Shown piece after piece: positions 25,191 to 35,900 of a stretch of 64,000 nt of DNA. The notes under the pieces are model-generated. The model was not told where the DNA came from and made no database searches. It saw only the letters and a list, made by a program, of their open reading frames with translations. A program made the translations under genes and the position numbers. The DNA comes from Amphiscolops sp. MND2022 (lineage: Eukaryota): NCBI GenBank assembly GCA_964187785.1, contig OZ076409.1:97590001-97654000 (forward strand), read 5' to 3'. How positions within the stretch are numbered: position 1 is the stretch's first letter; every line of letters begins with the position of its first letter.

Positions 25191-26320
25191 AAGCCGGGAC
25201 CGGACCAAGTCGCCGCCATATCCAAGGCTCAAAAATAGCAGAAGGACATCAAAGTGTTAAAGTATTCTCTTCTACAGCACCCAAAAGTCTCAACGCCGAA
25301 AAAATTGAAGGGGGACCCTTTGAGGAAAATTTTTTCCGAAAAAAGTCTCGCAATGCCGAAAAAAACAAAGCCTTTGGTCTCGTCCAGCATTGTATGTTAG
25401 GTATACAACTTTTGGTAGAACTATTTTGGTCACTTCAGATGAATCGAAAAAAAACACTGACGAAAAGCCATGACTAGTCGATTCTTTTCTCTAGAAAAGC
25501 GCCGACTAAAAATATTGCAGATTATTACAAACTTTTATTCACAAATTATTTGCATTGGGAGTTATAATTTAAATGAGTGACCTTTAAATTTCGCCTTCAA
25601 TAGCTACGACTACGCCCGATAGAAAGAACCTTATATGACAAACAAAAGTGATTGACAAAAACAAGCCGGGATCGGCCCAAGTCGGCGCTATATCCTAGGC
25701 TCAAGAATATTCAAGGAACTATTGACTAAAAACAAGACGAGAACGTCTGAAGTCGGCGCCATATCTAAGGCTCAAAAAGCGCAAAACATTTTTTTGGAAA
25801 AAAACTTGAAATTTTTGAAAAAAATTTCTCCTTTCAGAAAAAGTCGCATAGTGCCAAAAATGTAAAGGGGGACCCTTCTGGATTTATTAACATACATTCC
25901 GTTGCAAAGTATCAAAAAACTCGAAGGGGGGATCTTTTGGGGACATTAAAAAATTTTCGAAAAAAGTCGCACAGTGCCGAAAAAAATCCAAAGGGGGACC
26001 TTCTAGGCACGTCCGGTTTTGCAGGTTTCCTTGAAAAAGTGAAAAATGAAAGGGGGACTCTTTGGACTAAGTTTGCCGTGGCGGGACTTGGCCTTAGGTG
26101 GTTTCATGATTTTTTTCTAAAAACAAGGACCGATCAGTGTGAGGATTGTAGTCTGAAAAAAAAACAAGCCGGGATCGGCCCAAATCGGCGCCATATCTAA
26201 GGCTCAAAAATCCAAAAGTCTTATAGTACTGAAACCCTGACCCCTAAGCATTACTTTGGAAGCAAATTATGTGACATTTTGGGGGCAAAAATTGATATTA
26301 CACGAGAAATGAAAAAAGTT

Positions 26321-26518
26321 ATATCCGAACTTTGAAAACGTCACATCCGAACTTTGAAAACGTTACATCCGAAATTTGAAAACGTTACATAGGAACTTTG
26401 GGGACGTTTCATCTGAAGTTTGAAACGTTACATCCGAACTATGAAAACGTTATATCCGAACTTGGAAAACGTTACATCCGAACTTTCAAAACGTTACATG
26501 CGAACATTGAAAAACGTT
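26321..26518. repeat. 22-bp minisatellite (CATCCGAACTTTGAAAACGTTA) x ~9
   Basis: Direct tandem copies inside a family B element. Confidence 0.9.
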
Positions 26519-27944
26519 GTAAACTATTATTTATAAATTTGCTTGCTAAAATTCATGAATCATGAAAATTGTAAAAAGTGGACCATTCAGAGATTGTCAG
26601 CTCAAAGAAAAAACTACCCACTGTAACAGTCGGGTTTTTACTCAAAGGAAAAGGTGCCGACTAAAAACGACCAACAGCCTCAATAAGACCCTCAGAAAAC
26701 TTTTCGTAATCAAGAACAAGGAAGTTTAAATTTAGCCATAGGTGTGTCACTATATTAGAGCAAGGTATCAATTTTTTGAGATATGTTTCAAAATGTTCAA
26801 ATATAACTATGAACATTTTTATCGCTTGAACGCGTCCAAACTTTCAACTAGATGACGGAAATGTTTTGAATTTTGCGCTTGGGACGCCACAAAATGACCA
26901 ATTTTAAGGCATAACAAAACGGGTAGTTTAATATTCGTAGCAAAAGGGCCAATTTTGAAGGACAATGAAATGGCTCATTTTTAAACGGTAAAAAAGGACC
27001 TGATCAGATATGGAGACATACTTATAGTACCCTACTATAAGGAAGTGAAGCCAAACGACGTTCCATTACTTGACTAGCGGCTGGTTTTAAAAAAGGCCGA
27101 CCTGAATGAAGGATGAAGGCAGAGTCATACAGCCTATTGTTTTGGTCACGTTTTCCAAAACGGTCATTTTATCACAGTTTAGAAATCTTGAGCGGTGTGT
27201 GCCGAGCCGAATTGGACAGTTGTTCAGAATGGCACTTCAAAGTCTGTTCTTCATCTGTAACACACTCTTGCAGTTTTCCAAAACATTGGTTCTTTTTAGG
27301 ACAAGTTCGCAACATTGAAGAGATATTTTGTATTTTGTCTTTATGCAAATCTCCTTCACTCATATTTGGTGGTCGTCCATGAGAGACTCCGCCTTGCACC
27401 TGATTTTAGTCAGCGCTGATTTTAGTCTCGCAATAAAGTGGCTGAAAATGGTAAGTTGGCTTTTTGTCAGATGACAGATCCTATTGGCTAGAATTTTTTA
27501 AAATTTGGTGGATAACAACCCAATTCTCCTCTCTTGAAATAAGTGAGAATTCTTAAGAAAAATTACTACCTCCGAGTTCTCCTGAACTTCAAAAAAAATG
27601 ATGAAACGCGCTTCGATCTCCGAGATTGCTTTGAAAATTGTGAAAATTGTCATTATTCAACTTTTTTCTAAATTTCGACTCTTGTTGAATTTCCTAAAAT
27701 CTAGAACGCAATGAGCAAACGTGCAAAATGCCTAAACAAGTGCTATCAACAAAACCCCAGTCTTCTCAAACTTGACCAACTGATGAACCTGACAAGCACA
27801 GTAACATTATCCCGCCTGAATATGTATTGTATATTGGTCACAGACGGTGTCCGTTGTCAATTGATATTTTGAGTTTCTACACCTTTATTCATTCATTTTA
27901 CAGTTGAAGATGGAACAACGAGCATAAAAGCGAACCTTAAAAAA

Positions 27945-28391
27945 GCCCCTGTGGGCACAGTATTAATTCTGCTTTTATCTGATGTTCAATAATAGAAGCA
28001 TATCTTAATCATTAATATAGCGCACAATTAATCACTGTACCAGTTTACGCCGCCTTTAATTCTTATCGGAATAAAAAAATATACTAAGCGTAGACGAATT
28101 TTCGCTTTCGCATTTGAATGCAGGCGAAGCTCTCGGCGAACGAATAATTAACACTCGTTCGCTGTATCTCAATAACTCGGCGTACGAATGCATAGTTACC
28201 ACTCGGTCGTTCCATCGCACGAGAAAGGAATTGTAGTCGGCAGCTTGAGAAATTTAAATCTCATGCTTGTACTGACTGCCGAACAAAATATCTGAACTTC
28301 CCAGTAGGTACTCGGAATCACGACGAAAATTGAACTGAAAGAAGTTCCATAATTCAGATTTGAATATTATTGCTGCTATCGCAGAAATAAT
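27945..28391 (-). mobile_element. Helentron/DINE-1-like family A copy
   Basis: Shared core and ends. Confidence 0.62.
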
Positions 28392-29403
28392 AAAAACTAC
28401 AGTACGTTTCCAAAATTGCTCCTACAGTACCTCGTTCTGAATCAGTGAATAAGCGCCAGGCCATTATACAGTCGAACTCAGATAAAACTGAGAACAGTCG
28501 AACTCAGATAAAACAAACATTTGGATAAAAGAACCGTATATAGGACAAATTTTTTACGTTATTAGAACAACTGATAAAAAAACTATGGATAAAAAATTTT
28601 ACCGCCCTATGAGTCTTTCATCCGAGTTTGATTGTATAAATATTCCTGAGATAATTTTGATAGTTTCACAACGACTGCAATGTTATTTGAATACCTCAAC
28701 CGATTAAGTTAGAAATAGTTAATACCAAAAATAAAACTATTTGAATAATAAAACCAGGAATATGTCCAAAACTAGAAAGGAACCTCATCAAAGCATTGAA
28801 GCAAAAGCTATGCTGAAATGGTTGGGAAAATTAAGGGTTCAGGTAAAATCTCAAAGAGTTCTTTAAATTTCGGAAAAGGTAGATTACAATCAAAGTGAAA
28901 ATGAAACATGACCAATTCAGCCGTTCTTCTCGCTCTCCAGATACGAACTTCGTATAAGGGCGAGCGATCAGTCTATTTATTTACAAAATCACACAAACTC
29001 TGGAAACTTTTTCCAACTGAGGAGCCATTGGAACGAGAAGAAAATTTATTAATAATTATCATCATTAGGACATCAAACTAAACTAGTGTTGAATGAAACT
29101 ACAAATGTCTTCTAAATGTAAGTTAAGTTCGCCCATCAAATTGTGAAAGACAGAATCTTTGATCTGTGTCTCGGCAGTCTACGTGAACCAAAAACAACAA
29201 CAACCAATAATCACCATTTGAAACATTTTCATTACTTACAATTTTTTTGGCAGCAATTCAAATCAATTTTTCAAAGTGTCAGACGCTAAAACCTTGAATA
29301 GATTTTAGAGAAATGCAAAAATTGAGGCCCATAGTCCCGTTATCATTGATCTAGATCTCAGATTTGGAATAACTGTTTTTGGTTCACCAAATACTGTGGA
29401 AAG

Positions 29404-29723
29404 CAGAGTTATGACACTGCCGCTAATCAGCGATTTAGCGGCCAAGCTGAATCTTTTCCGCTATTTTATTAGCAATTCAAACTAGCGGAATGTGCAAAAG
29501 TTTTTCAGAGTTTCACTCGGTTTTAGAATGAATTTCGAAAAATTCAAACTCTTACCTTTGTAAAACCCACACAGTGTAAAAACTCCAGTCTTTTTTTGCA
29601 AAAACTTATCATACTTGAAGTCAAATATTTAACAGCTCGGAGAAAAAGCTTTTCAGTGAACTAGCGATTTTGAAATCAGCCGTTTAGCGATTAGCGAAAA
29701 GAAGTAGCGGTGTCAAAACTCGG
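29404..29723. mobile_element. hAT MITE, same family, in the AMPK beta 3' UTR
   Basis: TIRs plus perfect TSD GTGGAAAG (29396-29403, 29724-29731). Confidence 0.85.
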
Positions 29724-29750
29724 GTGGAAAGTGAACATGAGGGAATCTAG

Positions 29751-29927
29751 CTAGATGGGTTTGTACAGCAGAGTGGTGACGTATTTCTGATGGAACCTGT
29801 GGGTGGCAGACAACACCATTACCCCGTCTTTGATAGACAGCGCGTACAAGTGGTTCAACATCACGTGGTTCGGCTCAGGCAGCAACGATGGCTCACACTG
29901 CACAGAAATGTCCTTGTTCAAAATCAC
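29751..29927 (-). CDS. PRKAB1: AMPK beta exon 5 (alpha/gamma-binding C-terminal domain)
   Basis: ttttag| VILNKDISVQCEPSLLPEPNHVMLNHLYALSIKDG...YVTTLLYKPI TAG. Confidence 0.97.
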   Translation of the reverse strand: MILNKDISVQCEPSLLPEPNHVMLNHLYALSIKDGVMVLSATHRFHQKYVTTLLYKPI

Positions 29928-32900
29928 CTAAAATGTCAAACAAGCATTTAAAATTTTTTGGTTTAGTGCGAGACTCGAACCCGCGCTCTCCTGATTCTCA
30001 GACCTCGGAAAGTCCGGGTTAACCTCTCGGCCAATGGGCAGTTGGAGGTTACTCTCGCTTTTAGATTTGCTTAAAAAGTCTGTCAGTTCGCTGATGTTGA
30101 GAAAAAGCGCCGAAAAAAGTGTTCAAAAAGCGCCGACTAAAAAACAAAGGAGCATATCTTTCGAAAAATAACCAGCAATTGAAATGTTTCACAAACATCT
30201 TGCATAAAGCCAGCCTCAAGTATCCAACGCCTATATTTGATACAACTCGGAAGCCAGAGCGCGTTTATTTGAACTCAAGATGAAAACTTGTAGAGAAGGA
30301 TGCTACTGATTGGTACCAGGGATGTAAAATATTGTATTTAAAGATTATTTTTCAAAATATATATATTCAATAGTTGTTGACTAACAATAAATATAATAAA
30401 TATATTGTTCAATATTGTGTGAGAAAAAAAAATATTGTTCGAACAAACATTTCGTTTGTACACTTCTTGGATAATCATCCATAATTTTTAAATAATTTTT
30501 TTATAATCATTAATAATTTTACGAAACTTCCTGAAATGGTTTTTCCACACGACTAATAACTAAATCCGAAGAGTTGGCCAAAAAAAGATTTCGCGTATTT
30601 CGCGAAAAAGATCAAAATAACACATTTGTTTCATTTAATAGTTGCCAACATTAAAATGAATATCAAAATATATTGGCCCAAAACACAAATACATTGGATC
30701 AAAAAATAAATAAATTGTTTTGTACAAAACTAAAACCAACTATATTTTATTTATTTATTGTCAATATATTTAAATACAACATATTTTTACATCCCTGATT
30801 GGGACTGATGGTTGTTGTTACCTGAAGTAGTTGGGGTGGCAGAGAGGGAGGGGCATTAGGAACCCCCAGATCGAAGGAGTGCTTCGATGGGATGTCTTGG
30901 GAATATTCTCCAGGGGGACTTGAACTCAACTGCTCTTTGCTGTCCATTGCCAAAGCTGAAAAGATCAATCAGAAGTCATTAATATCTATATTACAGTGAA
31001 AAGATCTACAAATCGAAATCAAGTCTTGAAAAGTAACCTTGAAAAACGTCAAAGTCTGACTGTTTAACTTCTACAACGTTGTTGAGAGTGCCGTGAACAT
31101 TCAGAATAGTCGGAGCGTTTGGGTCATTGCGCCATTCTCCATCGACGAAAAACTTGTACTCATGGTTACCTGGAAACAAATAAAACTTTGCAAAATAAAA
31201 ATCATTTCATCTCACTTTAGTTTCACGAAAACCAACTTTGCTGACGGTTTGGTCATGCTGCATGGATGGGAATCCGTAAAAACACCGGTGACTTGTGCAT
31301 GTGGTGAACTGCTATCCAATCTGTCACATTCTTCCCATGTAACAAGGGAGGTTACATACAAATGCGACATAACGAAACACGAGAAACTTTTGCCACCGAC
31401 ATGAAAGAAGTCTGTTTTGATGTCGAAATGAGCACAAACTTTGGACGTTAGAAAATGAGTCCTTCGTTCATAAAACAACAACAACTGGAGACGAGGCGGG
31501 ATTTGGCATTGAAGCCAACGGAATCTGGGACCCCCTTTCTGCTGAGCTTTTTTCAGCGTAAAAGTTTTAAACCAGCCGGCAAAGGGTCGTAATCTCAGCT
31601 TCGTGAATCTCAGAACTAGAATACGAACCACGTGTCATGAATGTAAAAAAGAGCAGTGTACAGTCAGCCACAAAAATATAACTAGCAGTGAAAATTAATG
31701 AAAAAGGATTGCGGGGACAGGGGATTGGGGGGACTGTAGATTTACCCGTCATCAACTAGCTACGGCAGATTCCTCTATAAATGCCATAATCCAAGGGGGA
31801 GGGCTGTCTTAACCTTGACAAACCTACGTGTGCAGCTGATCATATAGCCAGCCATTTCTGACGATCGAGAAAAATGTGATGCGATGACTTATTTCATGAA
31901 TTCTCCTCGACTTTCAAATGTTTCAAAATTTTATTTCAAAGGGAACGTTACTGACACTGTAATTGGCACCACAGCTTGCAGCATATTGACACCTGAGAAA
32001 CTTTACCGACGAACCACCTGTGATGTAATTAACATTAGTGAATCAAACTTTCAGCATAAATGTTAGAGCAATTGAAATACAAAATAAGAAGATGACTACC
32101 AAATAAGTGGACATAAATGAACTTTCTAATTGATTCCTCTTGTTTTAATAACTCTCATTTCTTCGTGAATAATTTGGAAACCCCAAGCCACGAACCAATA
32201 GGTGTCCGAAGGAAAACAAGATTTTGGAGCTGTGCATTTTTTTAAAAGGATTTTTTTACGTTTTTTATTCATGAAGGATCATTTAAATTATTGCATACTC
32301 TCAACACAAATCAAAACAGTATTTCAGACTAAAATTGCTATTCGCATTAAGAACTAAGCTTAATGTTATTCATGGACAATCAATTTTGCTGATTTTCCGT
32401 GAAGTATTGAGCCCTTCGAAATTCCCTATTTTTTATAATTTTTCCCAAAAAACAGAACGAGTTGACTCCCGTCTCTATCGCCGAGGTTCGATTCACATTG
32501 AGAATACAGTTTCTTTTTATTTAAACACAGAGGCGAAGCCGTCCTTCGCAAACACTTGCGCAGAAGGTTGCGAACTTTTGAAGAAAACCAAATAAGCAAA
32601 ATCATACGGAGAACCAAGTGTAAAATGACATTGTTAAAATTTCATCAATTGTACAGCGCCAAAAACTACCCGAAGGGATACGCATAAATCTCGAAAACCA
32701 TTCTTTCCCAACTGGAAACAGCAAAAAATCCATCTTTCTCAACCGGAAACATTTAAAAAAAAACAGAAAAATAAGGAAAAAATTCGAAATTTTTCGAAAA
32801 ATTTTTTGAAGAAGGTCTCCGGTAAGTCGCATAGTGCTGAAAACCTTGAGCAATCCTTTATGCTCGCAAAACGTTTCATTTTAAGTAAAAATTGAGGGGG

Positions 32901-35900
32901 GGGCTTCGATGAAAACATTAGAAAAAAGTAGCATAGAAAAAACGCCGGACTTGAAAAAAACAATATAGCCAGCCATTTCTGACGATCGAGAAAAATGTGA
33001 TACGATGACTTATTTCATGAATTCTCCTCGACTTTCCAATGTTTCAAAATTTTATTTCAAAGGGAACGTTACTGACACTGTAATGAGGCACCACAGCTTG
33101 CAGCATATTGACACCTGAGAAACTTTACCGACGAACCACCTGTGATGTAATTAACATTAGTGAATCAAACTTTCAGCATAAATGTTAGAGCAATTGAAAT
33201 ACAAAATAAGAAGATGACTACCAAATAAGTGGACATAAATGAACTTTCTAATTGATTCCTCTTGTTTTAATAACTCTCATTCCTTCGTGAATAATTTGGA
33301 AACCCCAAGCCACGAACCAATAGGTGTCCGAAGGAAAACAAGATTTTGGAGCTGTGCATTTTTTTAAAAGGATTTTTTTACAAGTTTTTTTATTCATGAA
33401 GGATCATTTAAATTTCTGGATACTCTCAACACAAATCGAAACAGTATTCAGACTAAAATTGCTATTCGCATTAAGAACTAAGCTTAATGTTATTCATGGA
33501 CAATCAATTTTGCTGATTTTCCGTGAAGTATTGAGCCCTTCGAAATTCCTTATTTTTTTATAATTTTTCCCAAAAAACAGAACGAGTTGACTCCCGTCTC
33601 TATCGCCGAGGTTCGATTCACATTGAGAATACAGTTTCTTTTTATTTGAACACAGAGGCGAAGCCGTCCTTCGCAAACACTTGCGCAGAAGGTTGCGAAC
33701 TTTTGAAGAAAACCAAACAAGCAAAATCATACGGAGAACCAAGTGTAAAATGACATTGTTAAAATTTCATCAATTGTACAGCGCCAAAAACTACCCGAAG
33801 GGATACGCATAAATCTCGAAAACCATTCTTTCCCAACTGGAAACAGCAAAAAATCCATCTTTCTCAACCGGAAACATTTTTTAAAAAAAAAAACAGAAAA
33901 ATAAGGAAAAATTCGAAATTTTTCGAAAAATTTTTTGAAGAAGGTCTCCGGTAAGTCGCATAGTGCTGAAAACCTTGAGCAACCCTTTATGCTCGCAAAA
34001 CGTTTCATTTTGAGTAAAAATTGAGGGGGGGGCTTCGATGAAAACATTAGAAAAAAGTAGCATAGAAAAAACGCCGGACTTAAAAAAAACAATTGGGATA
34101 TAGCGTGCTGGGCCTCAGAAAACCCAATTTTAAGACAAAAATTATTCATTTTGAAATTTCTCACAATGCCGAAAAATGTAAAAGGAGGCTCTTTGAGATT
34201 TTTTAACAACCATTCTGTTGCAAAATTTCAACAAAAAATTGAAGGGGAACCCATTCGAGTCTTTGAAAAATTTTTCGAAAAAAAACAAACAAGCCGGGAG
34301 CGGCCCAAGTCGGCGCCGTATCCAAGGCTCAAAAATAGCAAAAAGACTTCCAAGTGTCAAGTATTCTCTTTTACAGTACTCGAGAATCAAAAATTTTTCG
34401 AAAAAAAATGGACCGAGTGGCGCGCTAAAGTCTCACAATGCCGAAAAACTGAAAGGGGGACCCTTTAGGATTTCCACCATCCATTCTGACGCAAAACAGC
34501 AAAAAAATTGAAGGGGGACCATTTGGGGAATTTTTTCGAAAAAGTCTCACAGTGCCGAAAAAAATTGGAAGGGGGGACCCTTTGGTCTCCCCGGGTATGG
34601 TATGCAGGGGTCAGATCCATTTTCTGAAAATAAATTCCCTGATTTTTCCATGATTTCCCTGATAAAAACTAAAGTTTTCCCTGATTTTTGAGATAAAACT
34701 ATTGACATTTATATACGTGAATTAAATGTTATTCAACTTGGTTTTTAAATCCAAAATGTCGGAGTCAATAGACCATTCGAAACATCATATGAAATTAATT
34801 TGGAACCAGTTGTCAGATTGTTGACTTCGGTTGTCTTGACAAATCTTGATAATATCGCCCGCATCATTTGAACAAGGTCTTCGTGGAGAAACACGGCAAG
34901 CGGTTTATCGGCCTGAAAAAAGCGCAAGAATGGCTCTAACTCGCATGATACTGTTCTGGAGAATTCCAATCGGGCAATAAGAATATCTCCATTCGCCAAT
35001 GTTTTCTTGATTGTCTGGCAAATGAGATACCGAGCCTTGTCTGGTCCAAGTTTGAATTTGGTGGCAATTTCGCTATCCTTGAACATAACTCCAAAAAGCT
35101 CCGATAAATGGTTGCAGCTATTGAAGCTTGCATGTCCTTGAACCATTTTTAATGCCCAACGAATTTCTGCTTCCGTCACTTGATTCGGCACCACCATTCT
35201 CTCCATGACAGACGTAACCCTCACTTGCTCCTCAGTCTCAATTGTGTTCGTCGGTCCAGCGATAGTTATCTCCGGTTGAGAAAAACTGGACGTTCCAGTC
35301 AACGATAAGCGGGAAGATGACCGCATTGTAGAAACAATTGCAGCATGCTTCTTTCCTTCGAGGTGACTGACTAGTGCCCGCTGACCCATATTGCCAAGAT
35401 TCAGATCTTTCCCACCACAAAGCTTACATCGGAACTGCGAGTCCATATTAGCGCGTTGGATCCATGATGCAAAATGGGGATACTTCGCAGCATCTTCCCA
35501 TGCTTTGTTGTATTTAGTAGCCATGATCTGAAAATAAAGTAACTGATCCGTTTAGTACCTGTAAGGTTTTTATATTTGACTAAATATAATAATTACTTGA
35601 ACAAGCAAAAAAATTCCAGAAACTTTAAACAAATTCCCTGATTTTTCACTGATTTCCCTGATAGAAATTTATTTCCCTGATATTTCCCTGATTTCACTGA
35701 TTTCCAGTAGAATCTGAACCCTGGGTATGGTACGCGGGAAAACAGGAAAAACCTTTTTGGTTCAGTTCGCTAGACCAAATAGTGCAATTTGGTGCAATAA
35801 TATTTTGTAGAACTTTTAAGAACTATTTTGGTCAGTTCGTGTGGATTGAAAAAAGGAAAGCCACTATAATAGTCGCGTTTCACTTCATGAAACGCCGACT

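Noticed and set aside
26321..26518. 22-bp repeats as CRISPR or iterons
   Set aside because: Head-to-tail minisatellite inside a repeat element
27172..27399. 75-aa ORF after an AG acceptor between the two genes
   Set aside because: No recognisable motif or partner exon; could be UTR or noise
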